Shown here piece by piece: positions 1-9,763 of a stretch of DNA of 64,000 nucleotides. This stretch comes from Bacilli bacterium (lineage in GTDB: Bacteria; Bacillota_I; Bacilli_A; RF39; UBA660). The notes under the pieces were generated by a model, which saw only the letters and a list, made by a program, of their open reading frames with translations, searched no databases and was not told the origin of the DNA. A program made the position numbers and the translations under genes. The DNA lies in NCBI GenBank assembly GCA_017459965.1, contig JAFUBW010000014.1, forward strand, positions 199,174 to 263,173, read 5' to 3'. The first letter of the stretch is position 1. Each line of letters opens with the position of its first letter.

Positions 1-511
1 TAGTAAGTTCAATAAAAATATTTTTAAATTTATATATTGAACTTCCAATATAACCTTTTGTAGTAATATTAATATTTTTAAATATTTTATTATAATCTAT
101 CTTAACATTTTTTATTTTATTTATGTATTTATTATTAAATATATCTAAATTATTAATATAATCCATAAATTTCGGCATATTTTTACTTAAAATATCTATA
201 TCTTTTATTATTTGAGGAACTATTAAAATAATTGTCAAAACTATTATTATAAAAACTATTAATATTGACAATATAATAGATATAATTCTTTTTTTATAAT
301 TATCTTTAATGGTTAATTTTTTATCAAAAAAATTAACTAAAATATTAAGTAAATAAGCAATTATAAAGCCATAAATAATTGGATTTATTAAATTAAATAC
401 TAATTCTAATATAAATATGAATTTTCTTATATTAAATAATAAAAGACCTAATATTAATGAAATAAATACAATATATATTATTCGTTTAATATTATATTTA
501 TTTAAAATCAT
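1..511 (-). CDS. AI-2E family transporter (N-terminal part; 3' end lies beyond the window start)
   Basis: Manual translation of the minus strand from ATG at 509-511 (RBS GGTGA upstream) gives MILNKYNIKRIIYIVFISLILGLLLF... with no stop before position 1. The hydrophobic N-terminus resembles the complete AI-2E paralogue at 5320..6372. This ORF is absent from the supplied track because it has no stop in the window. Confidence 0.5.
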   Translation of the reverse strand, partial: MILNKYNIKRIIYIVFISLILGLLLFNIRKFIFILELVFNLINPIIYGFIIAYLLNILVNFFDKKLTIKDNYKKRIISIILSILIVFIIIVLTIILIVPQIIKDIDILSKNMPKFMDYINNLDIFNNKYINKIKNVKIDYNKIFKNINITTKGYIGSSIYKFKNIFIELT

Positions 512-583
512 AATTATCACCTATTTATATTATTAATAAATAAGTATTTTTTATGTAAAAAAAATAATAGTTTAAACTATTAT

Positions 584-835
584 TTATTGTATATTTTTTA
601 AATTATATGGTTTATATAATTTAAATTTTTCCTCCTTTATTTTTTGATTTATTAATTCAATCCCTTTTTTTATTTTAATAATTGTATTTTTATTTTTAGT
701 TTTTTCTTCTATTTTTTTTAAATAATCAATATGATCATAATATTCTTTTATAGAATCAAAATTATTGTTTAAACAAACATATATTGTATACTTTACTAAT
801 TCATCATAATTTACTTTTTCTTTTTTAAATTTCAT
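584..835 (-). CDS. hypothetical small protein (83 aa)
   Basis: ORF with an AAAGGGAGAA RBS-like sequence upstream of the ATG. No recognisable family. Confidence 0.4.
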   Translation of the reverse strand: MKFKKEKVNYDELVKYTIYVCLNNNFDSIKEYYDHIDYLKKIEEKTKNKNTIIKIKKGIELINQKIKEEKFKLYKPYNLKNIQ

Positions 836-896
836 ATATATTCTCCCTTTTTGAAAATTTATAATGTATATAATATCATAATAGATATTTAATATA

Positions 897-1068
897 AAAA
901 AAGACCTAAAGGTCAGGGACTATAAACCTACACATATGTGCAGGTGGGTACCCCATACTAGACTTTAGGATCCCTAAATTAATAGGTCTTCAACACCATC
1001 TAATACTTCTGGCTCCCTTATTTATTTTCTGTCGGTTTTATGTTCACCTGATTCTTCCTTTAGGTACT
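897..1068 (-). ncRNA. candidate structured small RNA (6S-like closed architecture) downstream of asnS
   Basis: This stretch is GC-richer than its surroundings. On the minus strand the 5' segment ACCUAAAGG (plus 1057-1065) pairs with the 3' segment CCUUUAGGU (plus 904-912). An adjacent CAGG/CCUG pair extends it into an end-closing helix, and a U-run follows. Internal hairpins are present (UUUAGG-GAUC-CCUAAA and CCUGCACAUAUGUGUAGG). It sits downstream of an aaRS operon, as B. subtilis 6S-1 (bsrA) sits downstream of hisS-aspS. No tmRNA, SRP or RNase P signature motifs were found. Confidence 0.3.
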
Positions 1069-1128
1069 TTAAATATAACATATGTATTTATATAAAGTAA
1101 AGCGTTTTGACAAAACTTTACATATTTT

Positions 1129-2436
1129 TTATGGTGTAAGTCTAGTAGGACCTCTAAATAAGAACATTTCTTCTTTTACAGATGGTATGTTAAGAAGTAA
1201 CATTATAAATCTGTCGATTCCAATTGCAAACCCACCATGTGCTGGACAACCATATTTAAAAAATTGTAAATAAAATTCAACATCTTTAGTAAGGCCTTTT
1301 TCTTCACATTGTTTTTTTAAAACGTCATATCTATGTTCCCTTTGAGCGCCTGTTGTTATTTCAGTTCCTTTCCAAATTAAATCATACCCTTGTGGTATAT
1401 CATTTTCTCTTTTATGATAAAATGCTCTTTTAGTTTTAGCGAAATCAGTTACAAAGATAAATTCACTATTATATACTTCTTTAGCAAATTTATAAGTTAA
1501 TTTTTCTGTTTCTGCGTTCATATCACCTACATCTTCAGTAGGAATTTTATAATTATATCTTTCATGTAATTCTTTATACAAATCATTTAATTTAATTCTA
1601 GGAAATGGCTTATTTGGAATTATTATTTCCTCATTAAATAATTCTTTTATATCTTCACCATAAATATTTTTAATATCAGTTAATGCTTTTATTATTAAAT
1701 CTTCTTCTAAGTCCATTACATCTTCATAAGAATCAATATATGCAAATTCTATATCAAAAGATGTAAATTCAGTAGCATGTCTATTTGTGTTTGAATTTTC
1801 AGCTCTAAAACAAGGCCCTACTTCAAATACTCTTTCAAGACCTGATGCAAGAGCCATTTGTTTATAAAATTGAGGACTTTGAGCAAGGTAAGCTTTAGTA
1901 TCAAAGTATTTAACTTCAAATACTTCAGAACCTGATTCAGAAGCAGCACCAAGTAATTTTGGTGTATGTATTTCAGTAAAATCATTTTTATATAAATATT
2001 CTCTAAAAGATTCAACTAATTTACTTTGAACTCTCATCATTAAATTATTTTTATCACTTCTAAGATCTATCCATCTATAATTAAGTCTTGTATCAATGTT
2101 AGCACCTTCTTCTATTGGCGATGCTTCAGAAGATGATATTATATTAATACTATCTGGAATAAATTCTTTGCCACCTTGCTTTACATATTCAGAAAGTACC
2201 ATTTTACCTTCAAATTCTAATATAGAATCAGTAAGTATTCCTTCTAGTTTATTACACATTTCTTCATTGTTCTCTTTTTCTATTGATACTTGAATTGATC
2301 CACTTCTATCTTCTAAAATAATGAAATACATATATTTAGTATTTCTTATTTTTTTTGCCCATCCAGATATTTTTGTTACTTCATTTTCTTTTAATTCATT
2401 TATTAATGTTCTTTTCACATTTTTCCTTCTTTCCAT
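1129..2436 (-). CDS. asnS: asparagine--tRNA ligase
   Basis: Class II aaRS motifs are present. FRAENSNTNRHATEF (the ENSNT variant is typical of AsnRS rather than archaeal-type AspRS), GIDRFIMLL, and a C-terminal RLTP. Size 435 aa. Confidence 0.8.
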   Translation of the reverse strand: MERRKNVKRTLINELKENEVTKISGWAKKIRNTKYMYFIILEDRSGSIQVSIEKENNEEMCNKLEGILTDSILEFEGKMVLSEYVKQGGKEFIPDSINIISSSEASPIEEGANIDTRLNYRWIDLRSDKNNLMMRVQSKLVESFREYLYKNDFTEIHTPKLLGAASESGSEVFEVKYFDTKAYLAQSPQFYKQMALASGLERVFEVGPCFRAENSNTNRHATEFTSFDIEFAYIDSYEDVMDLEEDLIIKALTDIKNIYGEDIKELFNEEIIIPNKPFPRIKLNDLYKELHERYNYKIPTEDVGDMNAETEKLTYKFAKEVYNSEFIFVTDFAKTKRAFYHKRENDIPQGYDLIWKGTEITTGAQREHRYDVLKKQCEEKGLTKDVEFYLQFFKYGCPAHGGFAIGIDRFIMLLLNIPSVKEEMFLFRGPTRLTP

Positions 2437-2857
2437 ATTTTAAAGTTTTAATAATTTGTTTATTAATACAATCGTCTTTAACTATATATTCATCTTCAAT
2501 TAACTTTTTAATTATATATTCATTTAAACATTCATTAACACATAATTTATATGTTTCATTTATTTCACTATTTTCTTTTAATAAATTTTGATAAAGAGAA
2601 AATAAATTTATTCCAGGTAATAAAGATAATTTATAAAAAAATTCAATATCATCGTGTTCAATATTATCTACTCTTCTATTGTTTTTAAATATTTCATCCC
2701 ATATTTCTTTTCTTATATTTTTATTAGTTATAATTTTATAATCAGAACATTCTAATATTTTTTTTATTTGCCTGCAAGTATTAATATCTTTATTTTTTAA
2801 TAAAATGATATCAAATACGCTTATACCTAAATTTGCAAGTAAAAACATTAACCCCAT
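2396..2857 (-). CDS. hypothetical protein (153 aa) co-operonic between nth and asnS
   Basis: ORF overlapping the asnS start by 41 nt. No confident family match (a DnaD-like DDBH2 motif YxxxIxxxW was looked for and not found). Confidence 0.45.
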   Translation of the reverse strand: MGLMFLLANLGISVFDIILLKNKDINTCRQIKKILECSDYKIITNKNIRKEIWDEIFKNNRRVDNIEHDDIEFFYKLSLLPGINLFSLYQNLLKENSEINETYKLCVNECLNEYIIKKLIEDEYIVKDDCINKQIIKTLKYGKKEKCEKNINK

Positions 2858-3490
2858 TTACTTCACCTGTTTCTTATAATATCTACATATCTCTTTTAAT
2901 TTGCAATTTCTACATTCAGGTTTAATAGCCTTACAATAATATCGACCAAACAAAACAAGTTGTTTATGCCTTTTAGACCAAGTTTCTTTTTTAAAACATT
3001 TTCTTAATTTCATTTCAACATTATATACTGAGTCATTTAAAGCAGATAAATAAAGTCTTTTTGATACTCTTTCTACATGTGTATCAACTGCTATTTGTGG
3101 TTCTATATTAAGTTCACCAAATAAAACATTTACAGTTTTTCTTCCAACACCAGGTAAACTTTCTAAATCTTTTCTATTTTTTGGCATTATCCCATTATAT
3201 TTATCACAAATAATAGTTGCTATTTGCTTTACATATTCAGATTTTTTATTAAAAGAACCAAGAGGTCTAATAATACTTTTTAAATCATCAATATTAGAAT
3301 TTTTTAATTCATATAATGATTTATATTTATTAAATAATTCTTTAGTTACAATATTAACTCTTTTATCAGTTGTTTGAGCAGATAACATAACTGCGATTAA
3401 TAATTCATAATCTTTTGTATAATTTAATTCACATTTAGGATTAGGAATCAAATTATCAATGTATTTTTCAATTAATTCAATATTTTTCAT
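2858..3490 (-). CDS. nth: endonuclease III
   Basis: HhH-GPD motifs LPGVGRKTVNVL and IAVDTHVERV. C-terminal 4Fe-4S cysteine cluster CKAIKPECRNCKLKEIC. Confidence 0.85.
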   Translation of the reverse strand: MKNIELIEKYIDNLIPNPKCELNYTKDYELLIAVMLSAQTTDKRVNIVTKELFNKYKSLYELKNSNIDDLKSIIRPLGSFNKKSEYVKQIATIICDKYNGIMPKNRKDLESLPGVGRKTVNVLFGELNIEPQIAVDTHVERVSKRLYLSALNDSVYNVEMKLRKCFKKETWSKRHKQLVLFGRYYCKAIKPECRNCKLKEICRYYKKQVK

Positions 3491-4761
3491 TATAAATTTA
3501 CATCAAAATAATCAACTAAATTATCTACATTTACTTTAGTTTCTTCTTTAGTTAAATTATCTCTCATTGTTACTATTTTTTGTTTTACTTCTTCATCACC
3601 AATAATCATTATTTGTTTAGCAAAATATCTATCAGCTTCTTTAAATTTAGCTTTCATAGATTTACCTGTTAAATCTAAATCTATTTTAAACCCACACATT
3701 CTTAGTTTATTAGCAAGATCAAATGCAAATTCATTCTCATTTTCACTGATTGTTAATATATAGCAATCAATAGTTTCATCTATATTTAAATTTACTTCTT
3801 CATTTTCTATTTCTGATACTAACCTATCAAAACCAAAAGCAAGTCCAACTGAAGGAATATCTGGTCCATCAAGTGATTTTAACAAATTATCATATCTTCC
3901 TCCACCACCTAAAGCACCAAATTCATTAGATTTACTATAATACTCAAATACTGTTTCAGTATAATAATCAAGTCCTCTAACTAAACTTGAATCTACTTCA
4001 TAATCAACTTCTAAACTATCTAAATAATATTTAATCTTATCAAAATATTCTTTTTCTTCATTATTTAAAAAATCTAATATTGAAGGAGCATTCTCAATAA
4101 GTTCATTATCATGATCAATTTTACAATCTAAAATTCTAAGTGGATTCTTATTAAGTCTTTCCTTGCAATCATCACAAAATCCATCAATATGGTCTTTAAA
4201 ATGATTAACTAATGCTTCTCTATATTTATTTCTAGTTTCAATACCGCCTATAGAATTTAATTTTACATAAATATCTTTCAAACCAAGTTCTTTTAAGAAA
4301 TTAAATCCAAGTGATATAACTTCTGCATCCATAATTGGGTTATGTGAACCATAACTTTCAATTCCTATTTGTCTAAGTTCTCTATATCTTCCTTTTTGTG
4401 GTCTTTCATATCTATACATAGAGCCATAATACCAAAGTTTAAGTGGTAATTCATTATATAATTTATTTTCAATAATAGCTCTTGCAACACCTGCAGTACC
4501 TTCTGGTCTAATTGTATTATTTCTTCCACCTCTATCAACAAAATCATATGTTTCTTTAGTAACTATATCTGTTGTTTCTCCTACACCTCTATGAAATAGT
4601 TCACTTCTTTCTAAAAATGGTGTTTCAATATATGAATAGTTATAACTTTCACAAACAGCTTGAAACAATTTTCTTACATAATCATGTTTTTTAGATAAAC
4701 TTCCATAAACATCATATGTTCCTTTTAATTTTTGTATCATATTAATCAACTCCCGATACAT
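3490..4761 (-). CDS. hisS: histidine--tRNA ligase
   Basis: HisRS class II motifs: YDVYG, FHRGVGETTDIV, RPEGTAGVAR, RYERPQKGRYREL, GGGGRYD. Confidence 0.9.
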   Translation of the reverse strand: MYRELINMIQKLKGTYDVYGSLSKKHDYVRKLFQAVCESYNYSYIETPFLERSELFHRGVGETTDIVTKETYDFVDRGGRNNTIRPEGTAGVARAIIENKLYNELPLKLWYYGSMYRYERPQKGRYRELRQIGIESYGSHNPIMDAEVISLGFNFLKELGLKDIYVKLNSIGGIETRNKYREALVNHFKDHIDGFCDDCKERLNKNPLRILDCKIDHDNELIENAPSILDFLNNEEKEYFDKIKYYLDSLEVDYEVDSSLVRGLDYYTETVFEYYSKSNEFGALGGGGRYDNLLKSLDGPDIPSVGLAFGFDRLVSEIENEEVNLNIDETIDCYILTISENENEFAFDLANKLRMCGFKIDLDLTGKSMKAKFKEADRYFAKQIMIIGDEEVKQKIVTMRDNLTKEETKVNVDNLVDYFDVNL

Positions 4762-4808
4762 AAATTATATCATATTTTAATATAAAATTATATTAAAAAA
4801 ACAAGTAT

Positions 4809-5342
4809 TTACTTGTTTTTGATAAATTTATATGTATAAATTATTTCTGGTATAAATAGCAATATAGCAATTATCATTAAAATGCTTGAATATATTGTCC
4901 ATTTTCCTAAAAATAATGTAAGTGCGATTGTTAAAATATGAAGTGTTGTTTTTACTTTACCATATATATTTGATTTAACCATTATATTTGTTTTCTTTTT
5001 ATAATATAAAGCAAATATAACTGCGAGTATATCTCTTATAAATATAATTAATGTCCAATAAGGAATTATATGTTTAATTAAAAGAACAATCGTAATAGAT
5101 AACATTAAAAATTTATCTGCGAAAGGATCCATTATTTTTCCAAATTCAGAAGTTTTATTATATTTTCTAGCAAGATATCCATCAAAGAAATCAGTAATAC
5201 CTAGTATTACAAATAAAATAAAACTATTAATTGAAATACCTTCTAAAAATATCATTCCTACCAAAGGAAATGTACCAATAACTCTTATAATTGTTAAAAT
5301 ATTAGCCATAAATATCCTCCTATATTTTATCTTTAATATCAC
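4809..5342 (-). CDS. pgsA: CDP-diacylglycerol--glycerol-3-phosphate 3-phosphatidyltransferase
   Basis: CDP-alcohol phosphatidyltransferase signature DGYLARKYNKTSEFGKIMDPFADK. Polytopic membrane protein. Confidence 0.8.
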   Translation of the reverse strand: MILKIKYRRIFMANILTIIRVIGTFPLVGMIFLEGISINSFILFVILGITDFFDGYLARKYNKTSEFGKIMDPFADKFLMLSITIVLLIKHIIPYWTLIIFIRDILAVIFALYYKKKTNIMVKSNIYGKVKTTLHILTIALTLFLGKWTIYSSILMIIAILLFIPEIIYTYKFIKNK

Positions 5343-6372
5343 CTATTTTTTCTTTTATATCATCTTTATAATAATCATAAAGTGTTCTTATTATAATTGT
5401 AATTGGAAGTGCGATTAGTATACCAACAAATCCTCCTAAAACGCCACCTGCGAAAACTGCAAATATTGTAAGAAGCGGTGAAATATTATTTGTTTTACCA
5501 TATATTTTAGGACTAACAATATAACCGTCAACATTTGGAAATATAATCGCAATTATAAGAGTTAAAATAACTAGTTTAGGACTAATTACAGATGCGATCA
5601 TAATAGCAATTATATTAACTATAAATCCTCCAAAATAAGGTATTAAAGTAGATATTGAAGATAATATACCTAAAAGTAAAAAGTTTGGATGACCAATTAA
5701 TTTAAATAATAAAGTATATTCAAAAAATTGAATAATTATTGTTAAGAATAATCCTTTAAAATATTGAGTAGTTTCATGATCTACTTTTACAGCTATTTTA
5801 TATGTTTTTTTACCTTTTTTTCTAAAGAATAATGATATATTATCTCTTATTCTTTGCATATCTAATAAAAAGTAAATAAAACTTACAAATACAATTATAA
5901 AATTACTTACAAAATTTATAGATGCATTTACTACATTAATCGCACCATCTGATATATATTTTCCTAAATCTGAACTGAGTTTATTAAATGCATCTACTAA
6001 TGCACCTTTTATAGGATCAATATTTATATCAAATTTACTTCCTATATCACTTACAAATGTAATTAAACTAGAAAAGAATGTTACTAATTGTTCTGTAAAT
6101 ATAGGAATAAGTGAATATATTATTATAAATAAGAATAACAATATAAATATTACAATTATTGAAACTGCAAGCGCTTTAGGTATTTTTTTTCTTTCAAGCC
6201 ATCTTTCAATTGGAAATAATGCATAAGCTATTACAAATGCTATTATAAATGGTTTTAGAACTGCAAGTAATTTAAAAAATACACCACTCCATAAATCTCT
6301 AAGTAAAAAAAGAACATAAACTATTAAAAGTAACACTAATATATTTATCCATCTATAATTAATTTTTTTCAT
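5320..6372 (-). CDS. AI-2E family transporter (UPF0118/PerM-like)
   Basis: Multi-TM protein with a conserved C-terminal LIPYFGGFI-type region. 350 aa. Confidence 0.7.
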   Translation of the reverse strand: MKKINYRWINILVLLLIVYVLFLLRDLWSGVFFKLLAVLKPFIIAFVIAYALFPIERWLERKKIPKALAVSIIVIFILLFLFIIIYSLIPIFTEQLVTFFSSLITFVSDIGSKFDINIDPIKGALVDAFNKLSSDLGKYISDGAINVVNASINFVSNFIIVFVSFIYFLLDMQRIRDNISLFFRKKGKKTYKIAVKVDHETTQYFKGLFLTIIIQFFEYTLLFKLIGHPNFLLLGILSSISTLIPYFGGFIVNIIAIMIASVISPKLVILTLIIAIIFPNVDGYIVSPKIYGKTNNISPLLTIFAVFAGGVLGGFVGILIALPITIIIRTLYDYYKDDIKEKIGDIKDKI

Positions 6373-6373
6373 A

Positions 6374-6817
6374 CTATCTCTCCTTTGAATCTATTATTAT
6401 AGTAACTGGTCCATCATTAATCAAACTAACTTTCATATCTGATCCAAATTTACCATATTCTATTTTTAAATTAGATTTTAATATTTCTTCTTTAAAAGTT
6501 TCAAATAATATATTTGCTTCTTTTGGATTTAATGCTTTTTCAAAAGATGGTCTATTCCCTTTATATGGATTAGCATATAAAGTAAATTGTGGAATTACAA
6601 GTATTTCACCATCTATATCACTAACTGATAAAGTCATTTTATCATTTTCTTCAAATATTCTAAGATTTAATACTTTTCTAACAATATAATCAATATCTTC
6701 TTTAGTATCATTATATGTAAAACCAACTAAAATCATTAATCCTTTATTAATCTTTTTAGTTATTTCACTATCAATTAATACACTAGAATTAATAACCCTT
6801 TGAACTACTACTTTCAT
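6374..6817 (-). CDS. dtd: D-aminoacyl-tRNA deacylase
   Basis: MKVVVQRV start, GLMILVGF, PQFTLYAN, and a C-terminal NDGPVTI. 147 aa. Confidence 0.85.
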   Translation of the reverse strand: MKVVVQRVINSSVLIDSEITKKINKGLMILVGFTYNDTKEDIDYIVRKVLNLRIFEENDKMTLSVSDIDGEILVIPQFTLYANPYKGNRPSFEKALNPKEANILFETFKEEILKSNLKIEYGKFGSDMKVSLINDGPVTIIIDSKER

Positions 6818-6892
6818 ATGTTTTCACCTATTATAATTATATAATAATAAAATAAAAATAACAAGATAAAAAAAGATTAACTATTGTTAATC

Positions 6893-7987
6893 TTAATATT
6901 CAAACCAAAGTCCACTTGCTTTTAATTCCTTTATAGTTTTATTATGACCAGCTTCAGTTTCATTAAAATATATTTTCATATTCTTATCTGCTACAAAGTA
7001 AATATATTTATTTGAAGTATAATTTATAACGGCATCAATTGCTTCTTTTGATGGATTACAAATAGGTCCAACTGGTAATTTACCTGCATTTGACATAGGT
7101 CTTGTATTATATGGATTATTACTATTTATTTCAGATTTATATAAATCTCTTTCTCCTAAATCTATTTTAGCTGCATAATATGTAGTTACATCACTTCCAA
7201 GTGGTAAATTAGAATTTAATCTATTTATAAATACACCTGCGATATTTTTTCTATCTTCTAGTGTTACTCCTTCACTTTCAACCATAGATGCTAAAGTTAA
7301 AATTTGATGAATATTAAATTTACTTTTATCTATATTTTCTTTTTCATTAGTTAATACTTTATCAGTTTGATCAAGCATCTTTTTAAATATATCTTTAACA
7401 GATGCATTTACTTCAAAATTATATGTATCAGGTGATAAATATCCTTCAAGTGGATAGTAAATATTTTCATTTAATATGCTTTCATCTAAAAACCAATATT
7501 CATTGATTAAAGAATTTATATATTCTTTATCATTTAATAAATTAAATACATCATCCTTTGTATTAGAAGTATTTTCATCTATTACTTTTGCTATATTTCT
7601 CATATTTTTTCCTTCTTTAAAGGTAATTGTAACTTCTTTATTTTTTACATTAGATCCTTTTTGAAGTATAGTAACTATTTCTTTTAATGATTTATTTTTA
7701 TTAATTGCATAATCTCCTGCTTTAATATCAGTAATTTTATTAATCTTAGCATATGCTAAAAAGAAATATTCGTTTCTAATTAAATCACTATCTTTAAGTG
7801 TGTTAGCTATATTTCTAATAGAACTTCCTTCTTCTATTTTAAATGTTACTTCGCTTGATTTACTACTTGTTGGCATAGTATTTATATAACAAAAAGCACA
7901 TAACAATATCATTATAATTATTATTATAAACATTATAGTTTTTAAAACAATTCTACTTTTCTTTTTACTCTTTCTTCTTTTCTTCAT
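6893..7987 (-). CDS. mltG: endolytic murein transglycosylase MltG (YceG-like)
   Basis: N-terminal TM segment, YceG domain, conserved NPYNTRPMSNAGKLPVGPICNP near the C-terminus. Confidence 0.8.
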   Translation of the reverse strand: MKKRRKSKKKSRIVLKTIMFIIIIIMILLCAFCYINTMPTSSKSSEVTFKIEEGSSIRNIANTLKDSDLIRNEYFFLAYAKINKITDIKAGDYAINKNKSLKEIVTILQKGSNVKNKEVTITFKEGKNMRNIAKVIDENTSNTKDDVFNLLNDKEYINSLINEYWFLDESILNENIYYPLEGYLSPDTYNFEVNASVKDIFKKMLDQTDKVLTNEKENIDKSKFNIHQILTLASMVESEGVTLEDRKNIAGVFINRLNSNLPLGSDVTTYYAAKIDLGERDLYKSEINSNNPYNTRPMSNAGKLPVGPICNPSKEAIDAVINYTSNKYIYFVADKNMKIYFNETEAGHNKTIKELKASGLWFEY

Positions 7988-7990
7988 ATT

Positions 7991-9763
7991 TTACTCCTCG
8001 ATTATTGCTTTTATTCTTCTAACACCAGATGATGATGCCTCTTCTTTTTTAATTTTAAAATGACCTATTTCTTTAGTGTTTTTAACATGTGGTCCCCCAC
8101 ATAATTCTTTAGATACTATTTTATCTTTATTACCTATAAAGTATACAGTTACTATATCAGGATATTTTTCAATAAACATACACTCAGCACCTGATTTAAT
8201 AGCATCTTCTTTACTCATTTCTTCTACCCAGACATCAAGACCTTCATTTATCCATTGATTTACTAATTCTTCTGTATTTTTCTTTTCTTCATCAGTAAGT
8301 TTATGATCACAAGAAAAATCAAATCTCATTCTTTCATCTGTTATATTAGATCCTTTTTGATGGCAATCAGGATTAACTATAACTTTAAGTGCTGCATTTA
8401 AAAGATGAGTTGCTGTATGATATTTAGTTTCTATTTCTGAATTACCTGCAAGTCCACCTTTAAATTTTCCTGCTGATGCTGTTCTAGATAATTCTTGATG
8501 TGCTTTAAATTTTTCTCTAAATCCTTCTATATCTACATCTAATCCTTTTTCTTTTGCAAGTTCCACAGTTAATTCTATTGGGAAACCATATGTATCATAA
8601 AGTTTAAATGCATTATCTTTATCTATTTTATTATCATTTAATCTAGATACTATTTTATCAAATTCTCTTAGTCCTTTTTCAAGTGTTCTATTAAATTTAA
8701 TTTTTTCATTTCTAAGAACTTCAATAACTATATCTTTATTTTCTTCAAGTTCTTTATAATATTTTTTATATTCATTAATATATATTAAAGCTAAATCTTC
8801 CATCCATGATGAATTAATATCAATATTAAGTTTTTTAGCATGTCTAATTGCTCTTCTAATAAGTCTTCTAAGTATATATCCTTGATCTGTATTAGATGGT
8901 TTTATACCTGCTGGATCTGCAGATATAAAAACTGCTGTTCTTACATGATCTAATATAACTCTCATTGACTTTTCATTACCTTTATATGATAAATTAGATA
9001 TTTCTTCTAATTTTTCTCTTGCATTTGTCCAAAGTGATGATAAATAATTATCATCAAGACCTTCAAGTATTGCAGTTACTCTTTCTACACCCATACCTGT
9101 ATCTACATTTTTCTTTGGAAGTTCTTCAAGTGTTTTATCTTCTTTCATATTGTATGACATAAATACATCATTCCAAATTTCAACCCATCTTTCATCTTCT
9201 GGATCAAATTTTTTAGGTATTTCATCATCACTTCTAAAATAAAACATTTCTGTATCTGGTCCACAAGGTCCTGTTTCTCCAGCTTGCCAAAAATTATCAT
9301 TTTCAGTTGGACATATTCTATCTTCGTTTATTCCTAAACTTTTCCATATTTCAATAGCTTCTTCATCTTTTGGTATATTATCTTTACCTTTAAATACTGT
9401 TACACCTAATCTTTCAATTGGAATATTTAATTCTTTAGTTAAAAATTCAAATGACCAAGTAATAGCTTCTTTTTTAAAATAATCCCCAAGTGACCAGTTA
9501 CCAAGCATCTCAAAGAATGTATGATGATAAGTATCTCCAATAGAATCTAAATCATTAGTTCTTATACATTTTTGATAATCACAAAGTCTTGTACCATATG
9601 GATGAGTTTGACCCATTAAATATGGAATAAGTGGCTGCATACCAGCTGTATTAAATAAAACACTTGGATCATTTTCAGGTACTACAGGACTACTAGGTAT
9701 TTGTTTATGTCCATTTTTTACAAAAAAGTATATATATTTATCTTTTAAATTCATATTAATCAC
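7991..9763 (-). CDS. alaS: alanine--tRNA ligase, compact form lacking the C-Ala domain
   Basis: AlaRS catalytic core (PSSPVVPENDPSVLFNTAGM, QKCIR, HHTFFEMLGNWSLGDYFK). Editing-domain zinc motifs HTATHLL and CGGPHV at the C-terminus. Only 590 aa. Confidence 0.75.
   Translation of the reverse strand: MINMNLKDKYIYFFVKNGHKQIPSSPVVPENDPSVLFNTAGMQPLIPYLMGQTHPYGTRLCDYQKCIRTNDLDSIGDTYHHTFFEMLGNWSLGDYFKKEAITWSFEFLTKELNIPIERLGVTVFKGKDNIPKDEEAIEIWKSLGINEDRICPTENDNFWQAGETGPCGPDTEMFYFRSDDEIPKKFDPEDERWVEIWNDVFMSYNMKEDKTLEELPKKNVDTGMGVERVTAILEGLDDNYLSSLWTNAREKLEEISNLSYKGNEKSMRVILDHVRTAVFISADPAGIKPSNTDQGYILRRLIRRAIRHAKKLNIDINSSWMEDLALIYINEYKKYYKELEENKDIVIEVLRNEKIKFNRTLEKGLREFDKIVSRLNDNKIDKDNAFKLYDTYGFPIELTVELAKEKGLDVDIEGFREKFKAHQELSRTASAGKFKGGLAGNSEIETKYHTATHLLNAALKVIVNPDCHQKGSNITDERMRFDFSCDHKLTDEEKKNTEELVNQWINEGLDVWVEEMSKEDAIKSGAECMFIEKYPDIVTVYFIGNKDKIVSKELCGGPHVKNTKEIGHFKIKKEEASSSGVRRIKAIIEE

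Noticed and set aside
903-914. GACC-TAAA-GGTC read as a simple 4-bp terminator hairpin
   Set aside because: The same 3' segment forms a much longer 9-bp end-closing helix with plus-strand 1057-1065. The long-range pairing is preferred, though the local hairpin cannot be excluded.
897-1128. tmRNA, SRP RNA, RNase P RNA or a tRNA in the GC-rich region downstream of asnS
   Set aside because: No tRNA-like acceptor/T-loop, no SRP domain IV (GGAAGCAGCC) motif and no RNase P conserved blocks. The length (about 170 nt) fits none of them.
1082-1273. 63-aa plus-strand ORF overlapping the 3' end of asnS
   Set aside because: Antisense to a confidently assigned gene. The same applies to other short antisense ORFs in the track (2096-2293, 4365-4547, 7476-7664, 8076-8258, 11035-11241, 17896-18111, 20610-20804, 24779-24964, 28793-28990, 35802-35993, 37686-37946, 39771-40007, 40235-40486, 41230-41412, 43723-43908, 49798-50091, 50314-50505, 51369-51611, 55931-56191, 59575-59757, 59915-60097, 60927-61154, 61654-61839).
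2396-2857. DnaD replication-initiation protein assignment for the 153-aa ORF between nth and asnS
   Set aside because: Suggested by Bacillus synteny (dnaD near nth/asnS), but the DDBH2 YxxxIxxxW motif is absent and the size is too small. Left as hypothetical.
7991-9763. alaS as a truncated pseudogene
   Set aside because: The ORF is intact from the N-terminal catalytic motifs through the editing-domain zinc motifs and ends at a normal stop with a downstream gene. A naturally short AlaRS is more parsimonious.
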